From the human T2T-CHM13v2.0 reference genome, Homo sapiens, in NCBI RefSeq assembly GCF_009914755.1, contig NC_060930.1: DNA of 64,000 nt, one strand, 5' to 3'. The notes beneath the pieces are model-generated. The model saw nothing but the letters and a program-made list of their open reading frames with translations. It ran no database searches and was not told where the DNA came from. Shown here one piece after another: positions 35,490-52,289 of the stretch. Position numbers and translations under genes: made by a program. Positions within the stretch are counted from its first letter, which is position 1. Each line of letters starts with the position of its first letter.

Positions 35490-36200
35490 TGGCCAGTTGG
35501 GTTCCCAGGTGCTAGAAAACAGATTCTGAGACATACATTAGCCTGAAGAATGTTTGTTGTGGAGTTCTCCTGGGATTATCATCTGTGGAAGGAACAGAAA
35601 TAAAGAACTGAGCAAACGACGAAGATGAGTTGTAATGCACTCCCAACCAAAAGGGCACCCTTTGGGAGTACTCTGGAGATATGGCCCATCAGAATTGTTT
35701 CAAGTTGAAGTGACATAACCAGGACATTTTACCCTTCCTTTGATAAGCCATGGGTGAGGCTACTATTGGAAGGAGTAATAATGTGGATCATGGTAATTTT
35801 CTTCAGAGGAACAATTCACAAATAGGGCTTAAATGCAAAAATGTCTTTGGGCAGAATTCACAATTAGTGTGTTGATAACACAGGGAGTTCATGCATGAAA
35901 AGACATCTAATCAATGTATCATAATATCAATTATAGTCCACTAACTTCAATGAGGTCTGGGAGTAGTTCCGCTTGGGTCGCGGTGAACCTCTCTTGCTGA
36001 GGTACTTAGAAGATTAAGGTTAATGGAATAGGTTCTAGTCCTTGCTTCTGCAGCTATTCTCAGGACCACAACAGAACAATCATCATTTCCATCCTCTGCT
36101 GTATATTCTTAATTCCCCTTACCTTCTGGGGGCTTATTTGGTGTTGCAAACCAGGCATCATCCCAGAGGGTTGTGAGAAGTTGGTTAGCATGCCCTATTT
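35490..36200 (-). mobile_element. Ancient ERVL LTR (LTR33/LTR16-like) with possible internal fragment
   Basis: cagattctgagac..gggattatcatctgtggaagg..cagaattgtttcaagttg resembles the recalled antisense consensus. Confidence 0.45.
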
Positions 36201-38400
36201 GGTGATATGTCTTTTATTTATTCTTGTTGTTCATGTTTTCTATATATTTGCTGATTTTTTTCCTAGTAAATGTATCTATCATTGAGAGTAGAATATTGAA
36301 GTCACTCAAAATTTGTCTATTTCTTCTTTTAATTCTTTGTGTTTGCTTACTATATTCCTGGGGTCTGTTTTAACATGCTTATGTATTCACAGTTTTTAAT
36401 CTCTTGATAATAATAGATACTTTAATTGTGATGATAAGTTGTCTTTAGTAACATTTTTAAAACTTATTGTGATAAAATTAATGTAGTCACTTCATCTCCT
36501 TTATGCTTTCTTTTTGCACAGCATGCCTTCTTTAATTCCTTCAGCATTTCAATTTATTTTCATATTGATGGGAATAGAATTGTGGGTTATGTGTTGTCAG
36601 GGTAACCCCAACTGTTTGCCAGTTTACTTATATCATTCTATTGTCCTCTGACTTACATAGTCTCAAAGAGAATTCAGTATTTCTCACAGTTTTCTCCTTT
36701 ATATAATGATCCCCTTCCCCCTACAGCTTTCTTCAAGATTTTCTTCTTTACCTTTTGTTTGTATAAGTTTAAATATGATATGTCTAGGTGATATTTTTGG
36801 TGGAGTGCCCTTACTTATCCAGTTTGGTTTTCTATGAGATTCTTGAATCTGTGGTGGCTCTTTATTATAATTTTGGAAAATCCTCATCCATTAGGTATTG
36901 AAATATTTTTTCTCCTTTTTTGAGACACAATTATGCGTATATTACAATGTTTAACATTGATTCATAGCTTTTGGTGGTCTTATGGTTTTTATTCTTTCTC
37001 CTTTTTTCTCTTTACGTTTCTGTATGGATAATTTTTAATGACTTCATATTGAAATTCATTAATTATTTCCCTAGGTATTTTGGGTCTATTCTGAAGTTTG
37101 TGACAGTGGCATTTTTCCAAATACATTTTTCTTACAATTTTTGTAGCATTTTCATTTAATTTTTTAGTTTTCATTTTATGGTATTTTCTATCTGATCTTG
37201 CAACTTTTTCATTAGAATCATTAATCTATTTTAATCATAGTTATTTTAAATTCTCCATCAGACAGTTTGAATATTAGTATCATGCCTGTGTGTGCTGAGA
37301 AAAACGACTTGACTCCTGAAAATGGCCACAGCTTTTCTTCTACTGGGCCTTTAGTGCAAGGTGTTAAGTAATCTAATTAGGAGTTGGGTTGGGTTAGATG
37401 TTAGTTTTGTTTTGTTTTTGGTTGCTATGAGTACCCTCAGTGAACCACAGATTTCAAATTCCTATAGCTACTTCATGGGTTTATGGTATAGATTGAGTTT
37501 TTAGAGCAATGTCGGTTGGAGTATAAAATTTAGGTCTTCCCTTTATATTTGCCTCACGACCTTTGCATTCTCTTGATCCTTCTGTCCTTCTTCCAGGAAT
37601 AATATACTGTTGATTGTTACTCAAAACTTGTTAAACTGGTCATGAGGAGGGCAGTTGGAGGAGTCCATTCTCTGTGGCTCTGGATTAAACTTCTGTCTTA
37701 GGTATGACTATGTTCCCAAGTCTCAGGATTGTAGGCTTACTTTTTTCACCCACCAAGGACTGTAGTTGTGGGCAGAGTACCTATCCTGCCCTTCTCCTAA
37801 GAACAGCTCCCCCCTCCCCCTTTTTCCTTCCCACAGATGCAATTAGTCCTTACCAATGCCTTAAAAACAACAATGCTTTTTGTCCTTATACCTACCTACT
37901 GAGGCTTTTGCTTCACAGTGAAGGTATGCAAGAAAGATCTCGGTACAATTTCTTGCACTTTTATACAGCTCCTGTTACCCAACCCCAGCTTGCATTCCAA
38001 TCAAACTTTTTAGGGATCTTTCTGATATCATCTGTGAGTAGAGTTAGTGTAAGTATGTCTGCAAAAGGGTATGAACTTCCCCAGTTTCTGTGACTCCCAG
38101 GCCACAGGTTTATACTGTTCACCACTTCACATTCAGCTTTTAAAACTTTTCAAATATTCTGTTTGAACTCTTCTTACTGATTTCCAGTGGCTTGTAACCC
38201 GGATGAGCAAGTACTCACATCTACTGTTTCCCAAGAAAAGTATTTTATCCTTAGATTTTGGCCAGTTTGTTGTTCTGCATCCTTAGCTATGCAAGGAGTT
38301 TAAAAATAAAATCTGAATTTAAAGTTGACCTGATTTTTAAAATTACATAATGAAATGACCTTTTTCTGTTATCTACATTTACAAGCAGAAGTATACTTAA
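36200..38400 (-). mobile_element. Ancient L1M (ORF1/5' region)
   Basis: Minus-strand ORF 36699-36887 (QIQESHRKPN..SPRHIIFKL..KEENLE) is ORF1-like. Confidence 0.65.
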
Positions 38401-38719
38401 TTTTAATTAGTAGTTATTCCCATTTCTCAGAATATTAAGACAGCTTAGCTATAGCCACCCAATTCCATTGTCCTTATAGCCATTATTTCAACTCTACTAT
38501 TCTTCTCATCTAAACAGAGCAAATATTTCTCCACAAATAAACCATACCACTAGTTCATAAAGCTTACCACCAGTAACTTTTATAAATTACATAGCTATCT
38601 TTTTTCAGGAACTGTCTATACTTCACCTACCTGCAATGACAGTTTCTCATTGTTAAGGCAGCAAGTGATTCAACTCCAAAATTTAACTTTAAATTTGCTT
38701 GTTTGATCATTTCTGACTT

Positions 38720-39155
38720 CAACATTCAAGTTGAATTACAAAGGAAATGGAATATGACACGTAGATATGCACACAGGAAATGTATAGGGGCTGCTGGAAT
38801 CAGTGTTCTTGAAATGGAGGAAAAGGAATGAGGATTACGAATATAGAAAATGTGAGTGCTATTCAGTTGCAACCAATGCTCAGCTGACCCCACAAGGATT
38901 TCTGAAACTAGGATACACTTCAGAGTTGTCCTAAATTGAGAAGAGGACTTCCATACTCCTATGTTGTTAGGCCATTGGAGGGGTCTGCCCACAGAAAGAG
39001 TCATGACATTGGGAAAAGTAGTTTTCTACAGCTGAGACAATGCTAAAGAGAGCTTACAGCTAAGACTTGTTAATTGGCAAAATTTGAGCAGGTAGCTACA
39101 ATGACACCTTCACGCGAGAAAAGAGATCTGGGTGGCATATTATAGCCTCCACCAT
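38720..39155 (-). mobile_element. Ancient ERVL LTR (LTR33-like)
   Basis: ctcagctgaccccaca, cttcagagttgtcctaaattgag, gatctgggtggcat motifs. Confidence 0.45.
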
Positions 39156-39324
39156 ATTTACTTTTTTTTCCTTTTAAGTAAAAGTATCCTTAAAATTAAT
39201 AGAGTTATCATTATTAAGGATTTACTAATTAAAATACATATTCTGGTTCTACAGAGTCCACTGACTAGTTGGCATGAAGTGGAAGTAGGCAGGCAATAAA
39301 AATACTGTAGTGTGAACATTTATA

Positions 39325-39870
39325 TTGTTACTAAGCTGGAACTTTTCTGGAAAGTGCCCCTGCCTCTGTCTGCCTTAAAAACAAAAGCGCCTGTGCCTAT
39401 ATAAATTTAATGTTTACTCCAAGAAATCCTCACCCAAGAAGTTAGGATTATGAACTAATAAATAACTTTACTGTTTGCTTAAAGAAATTATTGCAACAAA
39501 AGTATCTGAGAAAACTATTTGTTCACATCTGAGCAAACAACTGTCAGACAACATTTTTCACACCTAAAGAAACAGCTCAGTTATTACAACAGTTCCAACT
39601 AGTCTTCAAAATCTTCATCCTTCTTTGTCTAGCAATCCTATTGTGTAAAAACTTTATTCAGTTCCAAAACATTCCCCATCTCTAAAGACCCACTTTAAGC
39701 CACTCGAGCTAATACTTTAAAATCCCATAAATACCCTTCGCTAACATCCTGTCTTTGAGACACTATTGAGACTGTGTCCAGGTAGTGTTCTTTGTTGCTG
39801 CACAAATTTAATAAACTAAGATTTGCTTAACCAACAGATGTTTTGGTGGTTTGTGGAAGAGACTATAATT
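39325..39870 (+). mobile_element. Old ERV LTR (MER110/MER90-like)
   Basis: cccataaatacc, tttgagacactattgagac, aataaact..tttgctt in LTR order. Confidence 0.45.
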
Positions 39871-41224
39871 ATCCATTCTAGAAATCACTTCAAGAACCTT
39901 TTAAGATCTTCTTGGCATGGTTGAAGATCCTCAATTCAGAAACAGTACATTATCCTGTCATCTAATAAGTATCCTATATGGGAACCTTTCTGACCACAAT
40001 AGTAAATTACGCCCCACATTTAGCCTGAGCTATGATTTCTATTGTCTAGATCAGTTATAGCCTACAGACTATAATTGTTCATTTATGTCTATGTCTTTGC
40101 TGCCACACCAGCAGTGTCAGATAGGACAAAGACAATATGATCCCCACAACTGAAAATATTTACTATTTACTCCTTTAGAAACAATATTACTGATCTCTTA
40201 TTTCAAACTGATGGCTGAGTTTATCTCCTGAGAATGGAGGAATCACTCCTCTATAAATCATTTGCTTATGTGCTCATGAATTGAAAACTCTTATCTTTGG
40301 TAAAAACACGTCAGTAGCAACACTCTAACTTTTCTCTCTGTTTGTCCTTGTCACTTTTTGTTTTGAGTCTTTTTAAGAAGGAGTTTATAGAGTAGAGTGG
40401 GCATAGATCCAAGAAGTCTGTCCCTTAAGATGGCCCCAGTGCTCGTAAGATAAAAAAGTCGTATCATGTGTTAATCCTTACTAGGTAAATTTTGTCTTCC
40501 TTAATGTTTCAAACTTAATGAAGAGTTTCCTATGTCTTGTATTTGTTTATTTGTTTTATACTTGTCTAGATCAGGAATTGCCGAATTATGGCCTGTAAGT
40601 CACACCTTTCTTTTATGTGTATGGCTATGAATTTACTTGGTTGCCTCTGTTCAGTGCTGGAGGTTTCTCTGCACTACAGTTGGTGATGGTTGGTCTTTGA
40701 CCAGATTCTGAAGACACTTGATTTTAGAAACACCATTTTTACCTACTGCAGTTCTCTTAAAGTCTTATTAGTCTCTCCGCCAAACAGAGCTTTCTTCATG
40801 TTTTAATTCATGTATACATCTCTCTAACTGACACAATTTCACCAAGAACAATTTGGAAATGCACTGCCAAGTTCAGGAATATTTTGATCTGAAGATGATT
40901 TTTCAATTTAGAACACAAAAGAGAAAACTTCCATGAGGAAATCCTTTTTATTATCTGTCTATAGAAGTAACATAGAAAACCTCTTTGTCTCCGTATTTCA
41001 GAGATTAATAATCTGTTACACTTTAATTTATTTTTTATTTGTTATTTTCTTATATATATTCTTATTTCCTCTTTGATAAATTAAGTTTCTATAATGTGTA
41101 CTGATACCAATTAACTGTGATATCCACAAGGCTTTTATCAATAGTATTATTCTTGGCTTCCATGGTCACTCCATGGTAAGAGCATAATATTTGGCTAAAA
41201 TTAACTTATGATTTTCCTAAAATA

Positions 41225-41470
41225 TGCCTGGCTGTGCGCAGTGACCAGACCCCATGCTTGCTCACCCACACACCCCTCCCCTGGTGCTCTGTGCCTGGCT
41301 CTCCCTTAGCAGGCGTGGGATCCAGGCCGGTAGCAAGAGAGGAGCGCAGCCTGCTAAGCCTAGCGGGCCGGGCAAAAGGAGCCCAGCGGCGCAAGCAATA
41401 CTCACACAGAGATGCTGCAGCCCACACAGCTTTCTGGCTGGCACAGTGACACCCCAAGGATCCTGTGATA
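41225..41470 (+). mobile_element. MER52-like ERV1 LTR 3' fragment
   Basis: GC-rich; ends ggctggcacagtgacaccccaaggatcctgtgata. Confidence 0.65.
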
Positions 41471-41489
41471 GTATTTTAAGCCCATCTGA

Positions 41490-41886
41490 TCCTATTAGTC
41501 TTCTTGGGCAGTCATAACAAAATACCACAGATTGGATGGCCTAAACAACAAGAAATCAATTTTCTCACAATTGTAGAGGCTAGAAGTCCACGATCAAGGT
41601 GCTTGTTTATTCGATTTCTGCCAAGGCCTCGCCTCCTGACTTGTAACTGGCTTCCATTTTATGTAACCTCACATGGCCTTTCCTCAGCGCACTAAGAGAG
41701 TGAGCGACCTCTCTGGTGTCTTTTCTTATAAAGACACTAATCTTGTCGAAACAGAGTCCGACCATTATGACCGCATTTCACCATAATTACTTAATTAGAG
41801 GCTCCATCTTCAAATATATTTAAGCTGGGAGTTAGAGCTTCAAAACCTTTTTTTTTGAGGAGGGAGGCACACATTTTCCATCCTAA
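41490..41886 (-). mobile_element. MLT1A/B MaLR LTR
   Basis: cataacaaaataccacagattggatggc..aaacaac..ttctcacaatt..gaggctagaagtcc. Confidence 0.8.
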
Positions 41887-42090
41887 TGAGATCTTGTCTA
41901 ATTTAGGCAGCAAATGAAGCACTGAGCCAACAAAGTTTAAGGTTTCTCCTAGCATTTAACACAAAGTAAAAACCAAACACCAGTATTTTGAGATCCACTT
42001 CACAACGAGAGAAAGGTAAAAGCAATTTACCTTACCTCACCCTACAACGAACTTGTTTGTTCCCAACAAGAGGATTAGAAAAAACACAAC

Positions 42091-42550
42091 AGGGCCGGTC
42101 TGGGCAGCCGACCGCTCTAGGGGTCCACCCCAGTCCTCTGCGCGCGCCGGCTGCCCTGGCCCAGTCGCTGTGGACCCCACCCAGGCGGCGCGCGCAGAAT
42201 CAGTTCTGAGCCTCCTCGCCTCCCGGCTCTCCCGCCTGTTGCGGGTGTTTATCCGGCTGCTGGGCGACCTTTCCCGGGAAGGAGGCTGTGCCTTCATTCG
42301 GTCACGCCCCGGTCTGGGGAGGCTCCTCCCTGGTGCGCAGAAACCGCAGGGGCGGGGAGGAGCCGGGCTCTGCCTGCGCCCGGGGCAGAGCGGGGCTGGC
42401 ACCGCGCAAGGGGCCCTGTTTCCGGGGAGACTGATTTCGGCCTCCTGACCTCGGGACCCCTTGACTGTGGAGTGTCAGACGGAGGAGGACTTAGTGATCT
42501 TGTCCAACCCCCTCCCCGCTTTTCACAGGTTGGGGAGATGGGCGCCTGGA
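42091..42550 (+). promoter_or_regulatory. CpG-island-like 5' leader of the retrocopy
   Basis: Abrupt GC- and CpG-rich block in AT-rich surroundings; GGGGCGGGG at 42349-42357; (GC)n runs at 42140-42147 and 42188-42195. Confidence 0.65.
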
Positions 42551-42726
42551 GAATGGAAATCCAGTTATCAAAATTGACTCCAGAAGAGAGAAACTAACAG
42601 AACAATAACAATGGAGGAAATTGAGAACATTATCAAAAAGCTATCATCCTGCCAAACTCCAGGCTCAGATTGTCTTACAGGTTAAAAAAAGTTAGTCCTT
42701 CATGAAAATGAAAGACCTTAAGCAAC

Positions 42727-43611
42727 ACGATGGATTCAGAAGCTCATGAAAAGAGGCCACCAACACTAACATCTTCAGAACAAGATATATCACCTCGTAT
42801 TACAAATGTTGGTGAAATGAAGCATTACTTGTGTGGCTGCTGCGCAGCCTTCAACAACATCGCAATCACATATCCCATTCAGACGGTCCTCTTTCGACAA
42901 CAGCTGTATGGCATCAAAACCCGGGATGCAATATTTTAGTTGAGAAGGGATGGATTTCGAAACTTGTATCCTGGAATCCTTCCCCCATTGATGCAGAAGA
43001 CAGCTACACTTGCACTTACGTTCGGTCTCTATGAGGATTTATCCTGCCTTCTCCACAAGCATGTCAGTGCTCCAGAGTTTGCAACCTGTTGCATGGCGGC
43101 AGTGCTCGCAGGGACAACAGAAGCAATTTTCACTCCACCGGAAATAGTTCAGACGTTGATTCAAGACCACAAGCATCATGACAGATTTACCAACACTTAT
43201 CAGGCCTTCAAGGCACTGAAATGTCATGGAATTGGAGAGTATTATCGAGGCTTGGTGCCCATTCTTTTCCAGAATGGACTCAGTAATGTCTTGTTTTGCG
43301 GGCTTTGAGGTCCCATTAAGGAGCATCTGCCTACAGAAACGACTCACAGTGCTCATTTGGTCAATAATTTTATCTGTGGAGGTCCACTGGGTGCCATGTT
43401 GGGATTCTTGTTTTTTTCCAATTAATGTAAAAACTCGCATACAGTCTCAGATTGGTGGGGAATTTCAGTCTTTCCCCAAGGTTTTCCAAAAAATCTGGCT
43501 GGAACGGGACAGAAAACTGATAAATCTTTTCAGAGGTGCCCATTTGAATTACCATCAGTCCCTTATCTCTTAGAGCATAATCAATGCAACTTATGAGTAA
43601 AGGTTATATGA
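42727..43611 (+). pseudogene. SLC25A51P: Processed pseudogene of mitochondrial NAD+ carrier SLC25A51/MCART1 (CDS remnant)
   Basis: [76 protein letters not shown] across three ORFs; stops at 42937, 43306 and 43571; +1 frameshift in the T-run near 43411-43417. Confidence 0.95.
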
Positions 43612-47344
<3,733 letters not shown>

Positions 47345-47829
47345 CCCAAACTTTTTAAAAGTCACCTGTGAAAAATAAATGTAATTAATTTAACACTGCA
47401 CACTTATTAATTGCTTCAATCTGATGACAATTACTGAAAGACTGTCAACATTATTGTTTCATCTATGGAAATCATATTCTCCTCTGGTCAACTTTGGATG
47501 CACCTAATGATATGGGGGATATATTATCTGAAAAATAGAGCCCACATCTGAACCTACAAATACATGACTTAATTTGAAAATTTTTAAATTTTCCACGGGG
47601 GTCACATCAGGATATTGCAGTAATTTACTATCTCAAGAATCTTATTAAAGCAATTCAAACATTGTTTAGTTACAAATCAAAAATAATGAGAGGACATAAT
47701 TGAAGAACTTTTATCATTCATCTCACTGTGTCAGAAAGATTTCCCAGAAAAATAAGTGAAGCAGATACAATTTATTTCTCATATTTTTCAACATAAGGGC
47801 ATGTAAACAACATATGTATTTAGATAATT

Positions 47830-48720
47830 TCAAATTCAAACAACAATAAGATACTACTACAAACCTGTTAGAATGGCTAAAATCCAAAACACTGACAACA
47901 CCAAATGCTAGTGAGGATGTGGAGCAACAGGAACTCTCTTATATTGTTGGTGGAAATGCAGAATGTATAGTCACTTTAAAAGAGAGGTTGGCATTTTCTT
48001 ACAAAACTTAACATGCTCTTACCATGTGATCCAGCAATCACACTCTTGAAACTTCTGTCAACACAAAAACTTGCACACAAATGTTTATAATAGCTTTATT
48101 TAGAGTTACCAAAACTTAGAAGCAACCAAGATATCCTTCAGTAGGTAAATGGACAAATAAATTGTAGTACATCCAGACAATGGAATATTATAGCACTAAA
48201 AGGAGATAAACTATGATACTGCAAGAAGAAATGAAGGAACCTTAAAAGCCAATCTGAAAAGGCTACCTACTGCATAATTTCAACTACATGACATTCTTAA
48301 AAAGGTAAAACCATGAAGGCAGTAAAAAAAAAAATCAATGATTTACAGGGATTTGCAGGATAAGGAGGGATGCATAGATGGAGCACAGAGGATTTTCAGG
48401 GCAGTGAAACTGTTTTACATGATACTAATGTGGAGCATATATGTCATTATACATTTGTCAAGACCCAAAGAATGTACAACACAAAGAAGGATCCATCAGG
48501 TAAACTATGGACTTTTGGGTGATAATGATGTGTCAGGGTTGGTTAATTTTTTGTAACAAATATCCGTACTGGTGCAAGACGTCAAATGGGAAAGCTGTCT
48601 CTGTGGGTTGTGGAGCAGGGAAGATAGGAAGGGAGATGTGGAAACTCTGTACTAACTTTCTGTTCACTTTTGATCTGAACTTAAAACTACTCTAAATGTA
48701 AACTCAATTAAAAAAAATAA
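47830..48720 (+). mobile_element. L1MC-type 3' end
   Basis: aaatccaaaacactgacaacaccaaatgct, aagccaatctgaaaaggctac, gtaaactatggactt; A-tail. Confidence 0.8.
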
Positions 48721-48916
48721 GGTCCGGAAAAGGAACTCTTTTTTTTTGTCTTCAATCACAACTTTTTTAGATGCACACGCCATTCAAGTGTATGCATGAC
48801 TAAAGGGATCAAAGCAAAACTTCGATAATGAATTATAATTTTCACATATCGTTTGATCAGTTGGCACAACTGTGTGTACTGTGCCTGTCTCTCTTTATTA
48901 TAATTATACTTTAGGA

Positions 48917-49253
48917 CAGCGGTGCCCAGCCTTTTGGACTGGGACTGATTTCATGGAAAACAGTTTTTCCACGAATGGGAATGAAGGGATAGTTTTGGAA
49001 TGAAACTGTTCCGCTTCAGATCATCGGGCATTAGTTAGATTCTCACAAGAAGTGTGCAACCTAGATCCTTCACACGGGCAGTTCACAATAGAGTTTTCAT
49101 TCCTATTGTGATCGCTGCTGCTGATCTGACAGAAGGTGGAGCTCAGGCAGTAATACTGGCTCACTGGCCACTCATCTTCTGGTATGCATCTGAGTTCCTA
49201 ACAAGCTAGGGACCAGTACTGGTGGTCCATGGCTCAGGGATTGGGGATGCCTG
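48917..49253. mobile_element. MER1B-like hAT/Charlie MITE
   Basis: CAG..CTG termini; 8-bp TSD ctttagga / ctttaaga; cagatcatcgggcattagttagattctc. Confidence 0.85.
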
Positions 49254-51862
49254 CTTTAAGAAGTGATGTTAGAGGTTGAATTTTTATCAGAGAAGTGGGA
49301 ATGCCTTAATCTCCTTTTCCTTTCTCTTTAATTTTTTGTTCCTTTCTTCTTTATTTTCCCCTTTTCAACTCATATTCAAATGATTTAAAGCAGTATGTTT
49401 ATAATTTTTGTTTTTATTTTACATCAAACTGCTGCATTCTATCTAGTGTTTCAAACTTGCATTAGATTAACACAGAATAATAACTTTGGTCTTCATGGAC
49501 CTCTTTGAGTCCATGGCCAGGTATTATGGGATTGATTAAACTTTTGTAACTTATATTTTTGTTTAAGTGAATATCTACTTTTTCTAAATAGAGGGTCCAT
49601 ATCTTTCATTAATTTTTCAAAGGGACCTAGGACACAAAATTGATTCAGAAATATATGCTGTTGTTCTTTCCTGTGATTTCATTATATTTGCTTTGATAAT
49701 TATATTTTTATTCAAAGTTTGATACATTATATATGTTGATATAAGAAACTCTAGTTATAATTTGCCTTTCTCAAGTCAAATTGAATTGCAATAAAGAGTG
49801 GTTAAGTTCTAGTTATCTGAAGTGACTCCTAACTCTCACTACTGGTGATCTTATCTTCATGGAGAGTAATAATGTTACAAGCAAGAAATTATCAGGTTGG
49901 TTCCTAATACATTAGAAAACATCATCTTTAATTGGTACAAATTTCTAATCTATGAATTTAATTCTATAGAATTATCAGTATCAGATTATCAACAAATAAC
50001 CTATATTTTAGGAAATGAATTATATTTTAATTCAAATACCTCTGCTTTTAGTCTCCACTCAGTTTTATTGTTATTTTATTATATGTATTTCCCTGTAATA
50101 TATGCCACCTTGTATCCGAATATTTGGATTGCTTTTTAGAGTGTATTTATATAATTTTTACAACATAGTCATTTCAACAATTTTCTTGACTTTAAAAGAT
50201 TCTAGGAATGCTCAAAATTTAGGTTCAAAAATTATTAGTGACCTGCCAATGTAAGAAAAATGGTACTTCTTTACTTATAATGTTTGTAGTTTTGAAGGTA
50301 AAATGTTTGATAGTTCTGAAACCCATTTAGAAAAAAGCATTTTAATAATTGAAAAATTTATAAATTACTCTCTATAACAGTGCTATGTCTAGATCTCTTT
50401 GTGTTCATTTAACAAAAAAGAATGGTGTGTCATAAAAAGTTTCATTAAATGCCTCTTGTCAGCCAGATTCCTAAATGTACTTAGACAATAATCTCAATAG
50501 AAATTACTGACAGGACAGTCTGAATATTAGGGCTGCTTTGTATTCTGCTAATTTCAAAAGACATGTAGCTCAAGTGCAAGCATTCTATTGTATTCCAAAT
50601 GAAAGTGGCCAGGATCCTACGGGGACATTTAATAAGCTCAAAAAAGCCTATATTATAACTCATTACAACCATAAAAATGGAAAAGAATATTTCTACTACT
50701 GTTTGCCTACTGTTTTCATTCTGCAATTCTCCAACTACCCGAGACTATTAAAAATGAAGAAAAAAATTTCTGTGCATTCTGAACCTCTGAAAATTAAAAT
50801 TATATCTAAGGTTTTACATTCTATTAAGCATCTTACCTTAGTTCTTAATTAATTTATGAGGAGGCCATTTCAGCTATTTTGGTAGAAGCTTGAAAAATTG
50901 ATTTGTGATACTCCATTTTGTCTATTTCATTTGCTGGTTGTATTGTTATATGCAGATCAGTTGACTGTGCCTGCCTCTAGAATAAAAGTTTCAAGTTGTA
51001 TTTATGTAGCAAGTTGGCACACTTTATACTATTTCAACAGTGGTGGATAAACTTAATAGTATTTCATAATCATTTTCAAATTATTTACTGAGATAAAATA
51101 AAATAAAAATTAAAAATTAGCATGATTGTGTAAAATCATTTTGATATAATGTATTCTACCTCAAAAAAGTTACATTTTTAAAAATAAATACAAGATGTAG
51201 AGAATCTGTACAACTTTATTTTCATAATTTCTATTTAAGTACTTTTTACATGATCTATAAATATTTTTAAACTCTGTTGTATTATTGGACAAAAATAAAA
51301 TCTGAGGAGACAAGTACATTAGTATAATAATATGATGATTAAATCCTTATCTTTAAAATAAAATTCAAGGCCATTGTAGATCATGGAAGACATCCAATAA
51401 GTTATAAATAGCTATGAAACAGAGTATTTGCTCTCAGAAACAAAATGTAGTAACATCGAGCATAAATAAAATATTAAAATTAAAAATATTAAAGAGTTAG
51501 AAAGATTGCACCATATACAATTAATTAACAAATTAAAATTTCAGGCAATAATTCTCTGAGAATGGCAATAACTCAAGGAACTAAATAGTTCTGGAATGAC
51601 TTCAGGGAAAGTGGTTGGACTTCAGTTAGGCCTTGAAAGATTTATAGGTTTGGACGATGAAGTTGAATGGTGGTGACAAACAAATGTTATTAAAAGAGAA
51701 GTGCAAAGTCAAAATTGTGCACAATATTTTGAAATTTTTTTAAAAAATTGATTAAATCAGAGTTTGAGGCTACAAGTAGTAGAGGCCACAATTTAAAAGA
51801 TACAGTGGGATAAAATAACAATGCTTTAAATAATTAACTAGTTTACACATGACATTAAAAGC

Positions 51863-51931
51863 AATAATTTAATTCAAATAATTAAAATTTAATTATTATA
51901 AATAATAATTTAATTCAAATAATTAAAATTT
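51863..51931. repeat. 28-bp AT-rich direct repeat, period 41
   Basis: aataatttaattcaaataattaaaattt at 51863-51890 and 51904-51931. Confidence 0.8.
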
Positions 51932-52289
51932 TTTGAATAAGTGAGTGGCATGATGAAAAAATATTCTTTCAGACAATTTAAAAAGAATCAGTTTCATAGG
52001 AAGAACTGAGCATTGTAACAGTCATATATTATTTATCTGTATTATGTATCCTGTTGATTGTTATTCTCTAGATATGTGGTAAAGCAATTTATTTCAAATA
52101 TCATTTACTATCCCAGATGTTGGTAGTTTTTGTATACTGTGAGTTTGGCATGAGAATATGCAACGAATAGGCAAAAATTCAGCACAAATATGACAGGGTT
52201 ACTTAATATCACAATCTTTACTCCATCTTTTTCCAGATATTTTAAAAACAACTGCAAAAGATGAATTTGAATTGAAATTCTCAGGCGGT

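Noticed and set aside
42037-42448. Overlapping 121-aa and 131-aa ORFs on both strands
   Set aside because: Expected from stop-codon scarcity in GC-rich DNA; no recognisable domain
42727-43310. Several apparent CpG-creating changes in the pseudogene CDS
   Set aside because: Depends on a recalled parent sequence and unknown ancestral states; too few sites
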